The notes: generated by a model not told the origin, from the letters alone. Counted from the first letter of the stretch, positions 10,178-20,591 are shown. The stretch is DNA of 64,000 nucleotides from Candidatus Eiseniibacteriota bacterium (GCA_963725865.1 CAVSAC010000010.1:704001-768000), one strand, 5' to 3'. Translations and numbers: made by a program.

Positions 10178-10332
10178 GAGTGTCGCGACCTGCGCACGGC
10201 GCGACGACCGCGCGGACCGCGCGGACCGCGCGCAGTGTAGCGGCGAGGAACGCCGGGCGGGGGCGGAATCGCGGTGTGCGATACTTCGCCGCCCCCGGCG
10301 AGCCGCCCGCCCTCACCCACGGAGGTTGCTGC

Positions 10333-10893
10333 ATGAGTCCCACGACCAAGAGAGCCACCGCGAAGCGGAAGTCGGCCGCCGGCCTGCCTGCCGCCGCGCG
10401 GGCGAAGGCGCCCCCCCGGCCCGCGGCCGCCCGAGGATCCCGCAGCGCGCCCCCGTCGCAGTCCACCTCCCCGAGACCGAAGCCCGACTCCGCGGGCGCC
10501 CCGAGCCCCGAGGCGCTGATCGCCGCGATCGGCGATGCGCGCCGCCGCGCCGACGTGCTGGAGCTTCACCGGCTCATCCGCCGCCTCGCCCCGCGGCTCG
10601 CACCCAGCGTGGGCTCGAACATCATCGGGTACGGTCGCTTCCACTACCGCTACGCATCGGGGCACGAGGGCGACACCTGGGTGCTGGGGCTCTCGAGCCG
10701 CGCGGCGTACATCTCGCTCTACACCTGCGCGGTGGTGGAAGGAAGGTACGTCGCGGAGTCCTTCAAGGCGCGGCTGCCGGGCGCGAACGTCGGCAAAGGC
10801 TGCGTGCGGTTCAAGCGCCTCGCCGACCTCGACCGTCCGGCGCTCGAGGCGCTGATCCGCGAGGCCGCGGCGTGGAAGCCGCCCGGCGCCTGA
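10333..10893 (+). CDS. DUF1801-like protein
   Basis: GGAGG RBS; IIGYGRFHYRYASGHEGD...YISLY...GKGCVRFKRLADLD. Confidence 0.8.
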   Translation: MSPTTKRATAKRKSAAGLPAAARAKAPPRPAAARGSRSAPPSQSTSPRPKPDSAGAPSPEALIAAIGDARRRADVLELHRLIRRLAPRLAPSVGSNIIGYGRFHYRYASGHEGDTWVLGLSSRAAYISLYTCAVVEGRYVAESFKARLPGANVGKGCVRFKRLADLDRPALEALIREAAAWKPPGA

Positions 10894-10968
10894 ACGCGGC
10901 GGAGTGCGGCATCGGCCGGGTCGCCCGCGCGCGACCCGTGGATGCGAGCGACGGTCCCGGGTCGCCGC

Positions 10969-11373
10969 TCAGGGCACCACGACGAGCGTGCCCTTCATGC
11001 CATGCTTCGCATGCGAGCCGACGTGGCAGAAGAACTCGTACTCGCCCGGCTTCTCGGGCGTGAAGCGCGCGACCTTGCGGCCGCGCAGCATGCCGAGATT
11101 CGCGCTCACCAGGATCCCCGCGTCGGCGGCGTTGCACGTGAGGTTGTGGGGCACCATGAACGCAGCGTTCTTCACCGTGAGCTCGACCGGCACCCCGGCC
11201 TTGACCACGATGCGGTTGGGCTCGAACCAGTAGCTGTGCGCGACCACGCGCACGCGCTGGATGCCCTGGGCGTCCGGTTGGGCCGTGACCTCCTGCACCG
11301 GCCGCTTCAGCCCCGACGAGCAGCCGGCCAGTGCGAGCGCGACTGCGAGCACCACGATGCCGCGAACCTGCAT
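10969..11373 (-). CDS. Cupredoxin-domain lipoprotein
   Basis: Lipobox LAGC; type 1 copper ligands PHNL...FFCHVGSHAKHGMKG; GGAGG RBS. Confidence 0.88.
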   Translation of the reverse strand: MQVRGIVVLAVALALAGCSSGLKRPVQEVTAQPDAQGIQRVRVVAHSYWFEPNRIVVKAGVPVELTVKNAAFMVPHNLTCNAADAGILVSANLGMLRGRKVARFTPEKPGEYEFFCHVGSHAKHGMKGTLVVVP

Positions 11374-11559
11374 GACGAAACCTCCCTGCCCGGGCCGCGC
11401 CCGGATCCTCGAAGCATGCCACTCCACTCACCCGCTCGCGGTCCGGAGCCGGCGTGCGCGACGCCAGCCTAACCGCGAGCAGGCCCGCGTGCCACGGTTT
11501 CGTTGGGGCCGAGCGCCTCGAGCGCCCTTCGCGGGCCCCGCGCTGGATCCCGGACGGCT

Positions 11560-13731
11560 TCACGATGCCAGGATCGCCTCCAACCGGCAGACGATCGCCG
11601 CGAAGCGAGGATCCGAACGGACGGAATCGAGATTGCTGTCGTGTTGCACCCAGGCCAGGCGGTTCATGCCGGCGGTCACCGAGCGCTCGAGGAACTCGAT
11701 CGACTCCTCGCGACGACCGGCCATGGCGTAGATGCAGGCCAGATTGTAGAGCAGCATCGCGTCCTCGGGATCGAGCGCGAACGCACGCCGCGCCCACTCG
11801 AGTCCGCGCTCGTGCTCGCCGAGTGCCACCATCGCGTTCGCCCCCATGTAGAGCGCGCGCACGTCGTCCGGGTGCAGAGCGAGGCGCCGCTCGGCGACGC
11901 GCAGTCCGGCCCGCCGCGCCGCCCCGGCGCGCTCCGGCTGGCGGAGGTCCTCGTAGATCTGCCCCACCAGCAACGGGGCCTGGTAGTCCTCGGGTCGCAG
12001 CGCGAAGGCGCGCTCGTAGAGGCGCACCGCCTTCTCCAGGTCGCCCTGCATGAACGCGTCGCGGGCGTAGAAGTAGTGAGCCTCGAACAGCCGCGGATCG
12101 AGGCGGAGCGCCTCCTCGAACTCGCGCTCGGCCGCGTCGTGATCGCGCGTGAGCGAGAGCGCCAGCCCGAGCGAGACGTGCGCCTGCGCCAGCGCGGGCT
12201 CGAGCTCGACCGCGCGCTGCCCTGCCTCGAGCGCCGCCTGGCGCACCGACTCCATGCCCATCACGTGCATGAACAGGTAGGTGCAGCAGTCGGCCAGCCC
12301 GGCGTATGCGAGCGCGTAGTTGGGGTCGCGCTCGATGGCGTGCGCGAACATCTCGCGCGCGAATTCCACCCCGCGCCGGTTGTACTGGTAGAAGTACAGA
12401 CGCCCCTTCAGATGGTACTCGTAGGCCTGCACGTCGGCGGTGGCCTGCTTGCCGAGCGCCTCGCGCTGACTCGGACTCAGCGTGATGCGCAGCGCGGCGA
12501 CGATGCTGCGGGCGATCCCCTCCTGGATCGCGAAGATGTCGCGAAGCTCGCGGTCGTAGCGCTCGGACCACAGGCAGAAGCCGGTCTCGACGTCCGTCAG
12601 CTCCCCGGTGACGCGCACCCGATCGCCGACCTTGCGCACGCTGCCCTCGACCAGGTGGCGCACGCCGAGCCGGTGCCCGATCTCGCGGTGACCGAGCGGC
12701 GAGCCGCGGAACTGAAACGACGCGATGCGCGACGTGACGTGCAGGTCCTCGAGCCGTGCCAGCGCGAGGATGATCTCCTCGGCGATCCCCTCGCAGAAGT
12801 AGTCCTGGTCGTGAGCCTGGCTCAGGTCCCCGAACGGCAGCACCGCGATCGAGGCCTTCGCCGGACCGCCGCCATCGCGGGCCTCGCCCAGGCTCCCGAG
12901 CAGCTGGCGCACCTCCTGCGCCGACTGCAGGCGCAGCTCGCGATCCTTCTCGAGGCAGCGCGCCACGATCTCGTCGAATCGTCGCGGGAGCTCCGCCCTC
13001 AGCCGCGAGGGCGGGACCGGCACGTCGGTCACGATCGAGGCTGCCAGCGCGGTCACGCTCTCGCCCTCGAACGGGTGACGGCCGGTCGCCATCTGGTAGA
13101 GGATGACGCCGAGCGAGAACAGGTCGCTGCGGGGATCCACGTTCTGGCCGCGCAGCTGCTCGGGCGACATGTAGTGGAGCGTGCCGGCCATCGGCTCCAC
13201 GTCCACCGGCTGCGTGCTGGTCCAGGTCGACTCGGCCGAGTACGGCTCGTGCCGGCGGAGCTTCGCGAGCCCGAAGTCCAGGATCTTCACCCGTCCACCG
13301 GTGGTGATCATGACGTTCGCCGGCTTGAGGTCGCGGTGCACGACGCCCCCCTCGTGCGCCGCCGCGAGCGCATCGGCGATCGCGAGGGCGATCTCGATCA
13401 ACCGGTCCATCGCCATCCCACCGGCGGGGATGATGTCTCGCAGCGTGCGGCCGGGGATCAGCTCCATGGTGAAGAAGTGTGTCGGCCCGTCCTGCTCCAC
13501 CGAGTGGATCGTCACGATGTTGGGGTGATTGAGCGCGGCGATCGCGTGCGCCTCGCGCTCGAACATCGAGAGGCGCGACGGATCGCCCGCAACGTCGTCG
13601 GGGAGGACCTTGATGGCGACGTCACGACCGAGCCGCGTGTCGACAGCCTTCCACACCACGCCCATGCCGCCGGTGCCGATCTTCTCGATCAGGCGGTAGT
13701 GCGCGAGCGATGCGCCAGGCTCGATGGACAT
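11560..13731 (-). CDS. Hanks-type Ser/Thr kinase with TolB-like domain and TPR repeats
   Basis: GTGGMGVV, VAIK, HRDLKPAN, DFG, GTLHYMSPE; SIAVLPF...DQDYFCEGIAEEII; C-terminal TPRs. Confidence 0.92.
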   Translation of the reverse strand: MSIEPGASLAHYRLIEKIGTGGMGVVWKAVDTRLGRDVAIKVLPDDVAGDPSRLSMFEREAHAIAALNHPNIVTIHSVEQDGPTHFFTMELIPGRTLRDIIPAGGMAMDRLIEIALAIADALAAAHEGGVVHRDLKPANVMITTGGRVKILDFGLAKLRRHEPYSAESTWTSTQPVDVEPMAGTLHYMSPEQLRGQNVDPRSDLFSLGVILYQMATGRHPFEGESVTALAASIVTDVPVPPSRLRAELPRRFDEIVARCLEKDRELRLQSAQEVRQLLGSLGEARDGGGPAKASIAVLPFGDLSQAHDQDYFCEGIAEEIILALARLEDLHVTSRIASFQFRGSPLGHREIGHRLGVRHLVEGSVRKVGDRVRVTGELTDVETGFCLWSERYDRELRDIFAIQEGIARSIVAALRITLSPSQREALGKQATADVQAYEYHLKGRLYFYQYNRRGVEFAREMFAHAIERDPNYALAYAGLADCCTYLFMHVMGMESVRQAALEAGQRAVELEPALAQAHVSLGLALSLTRDHDAAEREFEEALRLDPRLFEAHYFYARDAFMQGDLEKAVRLYERAFALRPEDYQAPLLVGQIYEDLRQPERAGAARRAGLRVAERRLALHPDDVRALYMGANAMVALGEHERGLEWARRAFALDPEDAMLLYNLACIYAMAGRREESIEFLERSVTAGMNRLAWVQHDSNLDSVRSDPRFAAIVCRLEAILAS

Positions 13732-13869
13732 GGGACGGCCTTCCGCGTCCGCACCTCGGGGGGGCCTGCTTCGAGACGCGAGTCTACACCCGCCGCGCCT
13801 GACACCCGCTCGCGCATCCGCTAGACTGCCGGTGCGGAACCTGCCCCCGGCCTCGGTCTGGAGCGTGCA

Positions 13870-15492
13870 GTGTCGACGTCTGGCGATGCCCTCATCAGCC
13901 AATTGGTCGGTGCCTTGCGCGGCGTGCTGGCGCGCGTCGCCGAGCCGCAGGCGGTGTTGCGCACCCTGCTGCAGCAGGCGGTCACCCTCACCGGCGCCAC
14001 GCGCGGCGTGTTCGTGGAGGTGAGCCCCGGCGGCGAGCTGGCGTTCAACGTGCTCCACGCCTACCGCGCGGACATGCTGCACGACGGCGGCCACTACAGC
14101 CGCACGGTGTTCGCCACCTGCCTGCGCACCGGCGAGGACTTGGTGCTGGCGAACGCGGTCGACGAGGTGCCGGCGGCATCGCTCGAGACGGTCCGCATGT
14201 ACCGGATGGCCGCGGTGCTCTGCATGCCGATCCGGGCGGGCGACCGCATCGCCGCGCTGGTTCACCTCGAGCACGGCCAGGTCGGCTACTTCGACGAGTC
14301 CCACCGCCGCCTGCTGCGCCCGCTGCTCGACCTGGCCGCGCCCGTGCTGGAGGCGCTCGCCGCGGGGAACGCGGTGCTCCGCGAGCGCGACCAGCTCGCC
14401 GACGCCGAACAGCGGCTGCGGGAGGAGGCCGAGGAGAGCCGCACGTTGCTCACGCGCGCATGGTCCTTCGGCCAGTTCGTCGGTCGCAGCGCGCCGGTGC
14501 GCGAGCTCGAGGCCCTGGTGCGACAGGCCGCGTCGGCGCCCTCGCCGGTGCTGCTGCTGGGCGAGACCGGCACCGGCAAGAGCATCCTCGCGCGCATCCT
14601 GCACCACGCGAGCCCACGGGCCGCGCAGCCGTTCGTGACCGTGTTCTGCCCGTCGCTGGAGTGCTCCATGGTGGAGGCGGAGCTGTTCGGCCATCGCCGC
14701 GGCGCGTTCACCGGCGCCGTCGCCGACCGCGCGGGCAAGGTCCAGGTGGCCGAGCACGGCACGCTGTTCCTCGACGAGGTCGGGGACTTGCCGCTCGAGA
14801 TCCAGCCCAAGCTGCTGCGCCTGTTGCAGGAAAAGACGTACGAGCGGCTCGGCGACGCCGCGGAGCGACGCGCCGACGTGCGTGTGATCAGCGCCACCAG
14901 CCGCGACCTCGACGAGGAGGTGCGCGCGGGCCGCTTCCGCCGTGATCTGTTCGAGCGCCTCAACTACCTGCCGCTGCGGGTCCCGCCGCTGCGTGAGCGG
15001 CGCGAGGACATCCCCGCGATCCTGCGCCACTGCCTCGACCAGTCCGAGGCCGGGCGCTGGGTCGAGATCGAGGAGTCCGCGCAGCGCTATCTGGTCGAGC
15101 TGGAGTTCAGTTGGCCCGGCAACGTGCGCCACCTCGAACAGCTCGCGACGCGCATCAGCGTGGCGGAGTCGGACCGGCCACTGTCGGGCGCGGACCTGCG
15201 ACGCCTGCTCGATGCGCGCGAGCCGCGAGCGGCAGCGGGCGCGGCGGGCGCGCGCGCGGGCGACACGGCGGCGCACGAGAACGCGGCGCAGCCGGAGGGC
15301 ACGGGCGGGCAGGCGGCGGGACTCGGCCTCGAGGCGGGGCTGCCGAAGCTGCTCGAGGAGGCGGAGCGCACGTGGCTCGAGCAGGCGCTGCGGCGCCATC
15401 CGGACCTGACGCGCGCCGAGCTCGCGCTCAAGCTCAAGATCAGCGAGTCGGCGCTGTACAAGAAGCTGCGCCAGTACGGCCTCGGCAACTGA
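13870..15492 (+). CDS. GAF-domain sigma54-dependent enhancer-binding protein
   Basis: GETGTGKS, ELFGHRRGAFTGA, LFLDEVG, WPGNVRHL; C-terminal HTH. Confidence 0.93.
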   Translation: MSTSGDALISQLVGALRGVLARVAEPQAVLRTLLQQAVTLTGATRGVFVEVSPGGELAFNVLHAYRADMLHDGGHYSRTVFATCLRTGEDLVLANAVDEVPAASLETVRMYRMAAVLCMPIRAGDRIAALVHLEHGQVGYFDESHRRLLRPLLDLAAPVLEALAAGNAVLRERDQLADAEQRLREEAEESRTLLTRAWSFGQFVGRSAPVRELEALVRQAASAPSPVLLLGETGTGKSILARILHHASPRAAQPFVTVFCPSLECSMVEAELFGHRRGAFTGAVADRAGKVQVAEHGTLFLDEVGDLPLEIQPKLLRLLQEKTYERLGDAAERRADVRVISATSRDLDEEVRAGRFRRDLFERLNYLPLRVPPLRERREDIPAILRHCLDQSEAGRWVEIEESAQRYLVELEFSWPGNVRHLEQLATRISVAESDRPLSGADLRRLLDAREPRAAAGAAGARAGDTAAHENAAQPEGTGGQAAGLGLEAGLPKLLEEAERTWLEQALRRHPDLTRAELALKLKISESALYKKLRQYGLGN

Positions 15493-15563
15493 GACGCGGT
15501 CGCTCCTCGGAGGCGAAGCGACCGCGTTCCTCGGGTGACGATCCCGATCGGATGACCAACCCG

Positions 15564-16289
15564 TCAACGGGCGGGATGCCGCGCCACCACGACCGGCAGG
15601 TCGGGCGCGTCCGCGGCGGGCGCCGGAAGCAGCCAGGCCCAGCGCGCCAGCAGCCCCGAGAATGCGTAGCGCAGGTTGTGCCCGTCGGTGCGGGGTTCGA
15701 GCCGCGGATCCCGGTACCAGGTCAGGTCTCGGTTGTAGCCGCGCTCGCCGCTCGAGACGGTCTCGCCGTGTCCGGAGCACCCCGAGACGCTCCACAGTCG
15801 CTCGCCATTCGCGCCGACCATGACCGCGGTCAGCCCGACCACGGCACGCCCGCCATCGTCGATTTCCCAGCGGTCCACGCGCAGGCTCAGCACCGCGTCG
15901 ACGTCCAACATCCGCGCAAGGCCGCGCGCCATGCTCGGCTCGACGGAACCCGTGCGCCAGATCTGGGCGTGCACCGAGGCCTGGAGGCCGCATCGCTCAT
16001 CGACGATCGAACTCAGGCGCGCGCGCACCCGGTCGGCGGGGACCCAGCGCGGCCCGGCATCCCGGTACATCGCAAACCAGGCGCCATCCACCAGCGACTC
16101 GAGTTGCGCGTCCTCCACCGTCGTCACCGCGGGCAGGATCGCCACCGTCATGACCGGCTGGCTGTCGAGCCGGGCGCTGCGGAACACGTCGTCCGGGACG
16201 AGGACGCGCGCCGCAGCGACGCCGCCCGTCAACGCCAGGATGACGACCGCGTACATCGTCATCGCCATGATTCTGATCGTCGTCCGCAT
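15564..16289 (-). CDS. Exported hypothetical protein
   Basis: GAGGAGG RBS; N-terminal signal peptide; sigma54-like promoter upstream. Confidence 0.75.
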   Translation of the reverse strand: MRTTIRIMAMTMYAVVILALTGGVAAARVLVPDDVFRSARLDSQPVMTVAILPAVTTVEDAQLESLVDGAWFAMYRDAGPRWVPADRVRARLSSIVDERCGLQASVHAQIWRTGSVEPSMARGLARMLDVDAVLSLRVDRWEIDDGGRAVVGLTAVMVGANGERLWSVSGCSGHGETVSSGERGYNRDLTWYRDPRLEPRTDGHNLRYAFSGLLARWAWLLPAPAADAPDLPVVVARHPAR

Positions 16290-16338
16290 GGCATCCTCCT
16301 CGGCTCATCGCCTCGCCTGGGTTGCTGACCATGGCGAT

Positions 16339-16355
16339 TGCAGGGCGCGTGCCCA
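16339..16355 (-). promoter_or_regulatory. Sigma54 (-24/-12) promoter
   Basis: Minus strand TGGGCACGCGCCCTGCA, with GG-N10-GC spacing and a GGCACG box, about 50 nt upstream of the ATG. Confidence 0.6.
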
Positions 16356-16573
16356 GAGGGCGGAAGTCGCCGATGCCGGCGACCATGCGCGCGGGGTCGT
16401 TGCAGGCGAGGCGCTTGGGCGCGCGGGCGCGGAGCGGCCGGGCGCCGCCCGGCGCGACGCGCCCGGGCCGGACTGGCGCGGTGTCCACGCGGACTCCACG
16501 GGCGTGGAGCCCGGACTGTCCGGACGTGGAGCGTGGCCGGGCGAAGCGGCGCAGTCGGTGATCGGCTCCGCCC

Positions 16574-17995
16574 TCAGGACGCCGGCTCGGCCTCCGTCTC
16601 CAGCACTGCCTCGCCGAATTCGGCGCCCGACCGCGCCGCGGCGTCCGCGCCGGCCGGCGCGAACGCGAGCCGCCGGCGCAGCTCGCGGCGCAGCAACAGG
16701 GCGCTCACGACCATCTGGATCGTCACCGAGGTGACCGCCAGGTACCACACCCAGCGCAGCTCGAAGCCCGGCCGATGCGCGAGCGCCAGCGCGGGCGCGA
16801 CCGCGACCACCAGCCGCACCAGCGAGGCGAGCATCGACGGAATCGTGTTGCCGAGCGCCTGGAACATGCTCGAGGCCACGAACACGATCGCCGAGGCGAT
16901 GAAGTTCCAGGACACGATGCGCAGGTAGTCCTCGCCCACGGCGAGCACCTGGGGATCGCGCGAGAACACCCCGATCATCGCGCGTGGCGCGACGTGGCAC
17001 AGCAGCGCGAAGACGACCATCAGCGCGACCGAGATTCGGAGCCCGGTCCACATCGTCTCGCGCACGCGCGCGGCCTGGCGCGCACCGAAGTTCTGGCCCG
17101 CGACGGGCGCGACCGAGAAGCCGATCGCGATCACCGGCATGAAGCCCGCCTGGATGATGCGCATGCCGATCCCGAACCCCGCCTGGGCCGCGGAACCGAA
17201 CGGCCGCGCGACGGTGTAGATCACGAACAGATACACCGCCATCAGCGCGAACTCCGCGCCCGCGGGCAGCCCGATCCGCAGGATCGCGCCCCACAGGTCG
17301 AAGCGCGGCCGCCAGTCCGCGGGCATGAAGCGCAGGAACGACTCCCGGGGCAGGAAGTACAGCAGCATCCAGACGGTGCCCACCGCCACCGCGACCAGCG
17401 TCGCCACGGCCGCGCCCGCCACGCCCATGGGCCGGTGCGTGAGCCAGCCGAAGATGAGGATCGGCGCCAGGATCATGTTGAGGATCACGGTGGCCGACTG
17501 GACCACCATCCCGGGCTTGAAGTTCCCGGTGCCGCGCAGCGCCGCGCCCATCGAGACCACGCCGAACTGCAGCGCCAGCGCCGGCACGAACCAGCGCATG
17601 TACTCCCCGGCGAGGCGCGCGGTGGCGGCGTCGGCGCTGAGGCTCTGTGTGTAGAACCCGCGCGCCGCGGTGACGAGCGCGAAGAACGCGACCGCGACCA
17701 CCAGCGACAGCGCCTGCCCCTGGTTGAACACCAGTCGCGCGCGCGGGTGGTCGCTCGCGCCGACCGCGTGCGAGACCATGGTCGTGATGCCGACGCCCAG
17801 CATCTGCGAGACGGCGAGCGAGATGAACATGAGGTTGCCGGCCACGCCGACCGCCGCCACGGCCTCTTTGCCCAGATGTCCCACCCAGTAGAGGTCGACC
17901 AGGAAGTACAGCGTCTGGAACACCATCGTCACCAGCATGAGGCTGGCGGTCTCGAGCAGGTGCCGGGTGACCGAGCCGGTGGTGAGATCGCGCAT
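16574..17995 (-). CDS. MATE family efflux transporter
   Basis: MRDLTTGSV start; ALRGTG, ILRIGLPA and AGQNFGA motifs; about 12 TM segments. Confidence 0.93.
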   Translation of the reverse strand: MRDLTTGSVTRHLLETASLMLVTMVFQTLYFLVDLYWVGHLGKEAVAAVGVAGNLMFISLAVSQMLGVGITTMVSHAVGASDHPRARLVFNQGQALSLVVAVAFFALVTAARGFYTQSLSADAATARLAGEYMRWFVPALALQFGVVSMGAALRGTGNFKPGMVVQSATVILNMILAPILIFGWLTHRPMGVAGAAVATLVAVAVGTVWMLLYFLPRESFLRFMPADWRPRFDLWGAILRIGLPAGAEFALMAVYLFVIYTVARPFGSAAQAGFGIGMRIIQAGFMPVIAIGFSVAPVAGQNFGARQAARVRETMWTGLRISVALMVVFALLCHVAPRAMIGVFSRDPQVLAVGEDYLRIVSWNFIASAIVFVASSMFQALGNTIPSMLASLVRLVVAVAPALALAHRPGFELRWVWYLAVTSVTIQMVVSALLLRRELRRRLAFAPAGADAAARSGAEFGEAVLETEAEPAS

Positions 17996-18121
17996 GAGGG
18001 TCCTCGTGGGAAAGGAGCGGCGATCGGCGCGGCCCGAGCGCGAAGAGACTACGCGAAGCCGCGCCGCGCGTCGCGTGGGAATCGCGCGCGGTTCGCCAGG
18101 GCTGAAGCGCGGCCGCAGGGC

Positions 18122-18964
18122 TCAGCGCCCGCCGCGGCGCTCGCCTGCCGCAGGTGCCGCACGCGCCTCGAGGGCTTTCAGCGCCCGCAGCAGCGCGTCC
18201 CACGCATCGCCCTTCGGCACGACGAGCTCGAAATGGCCGGCGCCCGGGATCACCTCGAGACGCACGTCGTCGTGCCGGCGCAGCGAGTCCGCGCACGCGG
18301 TCACGTAGTCGGCCGGGATCACCGCGTCGTCGCGCCCCACCAGGTGCCATTGCGGAACGCCGAGCGGCGCCAGCTCGATCGGCGAGCCCTCGGCGTAGCG
18401 CGCGGGCACCGACTCGCGCGTACCCCCTACCACCTCGGAGCATGCGGCTCCGCACAGTCCCCGGCGCGCGCCCTCCGCCAGGTCGGGCACCCCCGCGAGT
18501 GACACCACGCCGTGGATCGGCAGCGGCGTGCGCGAGTACAGCTCGCTGTCCCGCGGCAGGCGGTGGCGTCCCGCCAGCCACAGCGCCAGGTGTCCGCCCG
18601 CCGAGTGGCCGATCGCGACCACGCGCGTGAGGTCGAGCGCGTACGGCACCGCGAGCGCACGCAGCTCGTCGGCGCCCGCAGCGACATCGGTGAACGTGGC
18701 GGGCCAGCCGCCCCCACCGTCGAGGCGGCGATACTCGAGGCTCCAGACGGCGTAGCCCTGGGCCGCCAGCGCCGCGCACAGTCCGCCGAGCGGGTGCAGG
18801 CCGTACGGTTCGCTCCAGCAGCCCCCGTGGATCACGATGACCACGGGTCGTGGCCCTGGCCGCTTCGGCAGGTAGAGGTCGCCGAACTGGCTCGAATCGG
18901 GCCCGTAGTGCACGCGGTGCTCGGCGGGCACCGGCGGCAGCCGCAGGTAGTCGTCGGTGGTCAT
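18122..18964 (-). CDS. Alpha/beta hydrolase (esterase/lipase)
   Basis: IHGGCW, GHSAGGHL nucleophile elbow, GAGHF. Confidence 0.9.
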   Translation of the reverse strand: MTTDDYLRLPPVPAEHRVHYGPDSSQFGDLYLPKRPGPRPVVIVIHGGCWSEPYGLHPLGGLCAALAAQGYAVWSLEYRRLDGGGGWPATFTDVAAGADELRALAVPYALDLTRVVAIGHSAGGHLALWLAGRHRLPRDSELYSRTPLPIHGVVSLAGVPDLAEGARRGLCGAACSEVVGGTRESVPARYAEGSPIELAPLGVPQWHLVGRDDAVIPADYVTACADSLRRHDDVRLEVIPGAGHFELVVPKGDAWDALLRALKALEARAAPAAGERRGGR

Positions 18965-19277
18965 CGTCACGAGGCGCTCCCGCGATCGGCCCTCACCACG
19001 AGCGACGGGTCGATCCGCGAGGCGTCGGACCCGCTGCCGCGGCCGGACGACCGGCGCGGTACCGTGACGGAGCGCGCCGGCGTGAGCGGACGAGAGCGAC
19101 GACCCATCGAGGACTCCTCTCGACGAGAATGCGGCGTGCGACCCGCGGCCGGGAGCGCGCACGGTAGCCGGAGCGATGGTGCATCGTCGAGGGTGCCGTG
19201 CGCTGGCCCGGGGCTGGGGCCTTCGGGGTTGCCGGGACGCTGGCCGAAACCCCGTTTCTCCCTCGGAGCCGACTCAC

Positions 19278-19313
19278 GAACAGGCTCAAACAGTAATAAA
19301 CAGCATTAAACGT
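19278..19313 (+). repeat. Four 10-bp-phased direct repeats; putative operator
   Basis: GAACAG 19278, AAACAG 19288, AAACAG 19298, AAACGT 19308, in an AT-rich patch. Confidence 0.75.
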
Positions 19314-19361
19314 TGACTCAGATCTCTGGCCGTCGCATGATCGACCCCGAAGGAGGGACGC

Positions 19362-20198
19362 GTGATGACTTCGGTTCCAGCTCACCCGGTCACGGCGCGA
19401 GGCGCCGATCCCAGCTTCGGGCTCTACGTTTCCATGCTCCTCAGCGACCGCGAGCGGTTCTTCGCCGAGGTCGCGGAGGGCGTCGGCCTGCCCGCGAAAC
19501 TCGCTCACGCCACGTGGACCCTGCTCGTGCTCTGCGCCCTCTACGGCGCGGCCGCGGGTGCCTACGCCGGTCCCGCGCAGGCCATCTCGGCGGCGGTCAA
19601 GCTGCCGCTGCTCTTCCTCGGCACCCTGGCGATCTGCTTTCCCGGGTTCTTCGTCGTGCAGGTGCTCGTCGGCTCTCGACTGCGGCTGCCGCAGGTGCTG
19701 GCGCTGGTGCTCGGCGCACTCGCGCTGAGCGCCATCGTGCTCGCGGCGGTCGTCCCCATCACGGCGTTCTTCCTGCTCACCGGCGCCAACTACTACTTCC
19801 TCACGCTGCTGCACGTCCTGATCGTGCTCGGCGCGGGGCTGGTCGGGATGGCCGTGCTCCACGAGGGACTCGCGTTCGCATGCGAGAAGCGCGGCGTGTA
19901 CCCGAAGAAGGCGATGACGATCATGAAAGTGTGGGCCGTCCTGTTCGCGTTCGTTGGCATCCAGATGGCCTGGAACCTACAACCGTTCGTCGGCGATCGC
20001 GGTCAGCCGTTCCAGTTATTCCGCCACAGCGAGGGCAACTTCTACACGGCGATCGTCTATTCGCTGGAGAAGCTGTCGCACGGCGAAGGCCAGGGCTCCG
20101 GCGGCGCGCCGCCCGCGACGACGCGATCGGAAGGACGCACCCTGTTCGATCGGCCGCCGATGTTCGCGCCCGACAGCGGCGGGGCGCCCCGGCGATGA
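19362..20198 (+). CDS. Multi-pass membrane protein of unknown function
   Basis: GAAGGAGG RBS; about 5 TM segments; AVKLPLLFLGTLAICFP and FVGIQMAWNLQPFVG motifs. Confidence 0.8.
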   Translation: MMTSVPAHPVTARGADPSFGLYVSMLLSDRERFFAEVAEGVGLPAKLAHATWTLLVLCALYGAAAGAYAGPAQAISAAVKLPLLFLGTLAICFPGFFVVQVLVGSRLRLPQVLALVLGALALSAIVLAAVVPITAFFLLTGANYYFLTLLHVLIVLGAGLVGMAVLHEGLAFACEKRGVYPKKAMTIMKVWAVLFAFVGIQMAWNLQPFVGDRGQPFQLFRHSEGNFYTAIVYSLEKLSHGEGQGSGGAPPATTRSEGRTLFDRPPMFAPDSGGAPRR

Positions 20199-20440
20199 GT
20201 GGCCCGCTCCCACCCGACCACGAGATCCTCACGCTCGAGGAGGTCGCGCACTACCTGCGCCTCAAGCCCCAGACCATCTACAAGTGGGCGCAGGAGCGGC
20301 GCATTCCCGCGGTCAAGCTGGGCAAGGAGTGGCGCTTCCGCCGCAGCATCCTCGACCGCTGGCTGGACGAGCAGATGCTGAGCGCGAACTCGGGCTTCAG
20401 TCACCTGCGCGATCGCGAGGGCGGCGAGCGGACGACGTGA
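20195..20440 (+). CDS. Small excisionase/BldC-like (HTH_17) DNA-binding protein
   Basis: ATGA overlap with upstream gene; ILTLEEVAHYLRLKPQTIYKWAQERRIPAVKLGKEWRF. Confidence 0.9.
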   Translation: MSGPLPPDHEILTLEEVAHYLRLKPQTIYKWAQERRIPAVKLGKEWRFRRSILDRWLDEQMLSANSGFSHLRDREGGERTT

Positions 20441-20591
20441 GCGTTCGATGCACGGCCTGAACGCACTCACCGATGCGTCCGGGATCCGGAGCACTTCACT
20501 CGCCGCCATCGACGGCGACACGCCTTGACGCTACATTCCGCGCACAGATCGCGATCAAGACATGCCGAGCCTTGTGCGAGGAGCTGGCGCC

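Noticed and set aside
11478..11495. Sigma54 promoter upstream of the cupredoxin gene (TGGCACGCGGGCCTGC)
   Set aside because: GG-to-GC spacing is 11 nt rather than the required 10.
11560..15993. 1477-aa ORF as a giant kinase
   Set aside because: The N-terminal half is the antisense shadow of the sigma54 activator. The kinase starts at 13731.
20195..20440. HTH_17 gene as the island's excisionase
   Set aside because: It lies outside the att repeats, is coupled to a membrane-protein gene, and has host-like composition.
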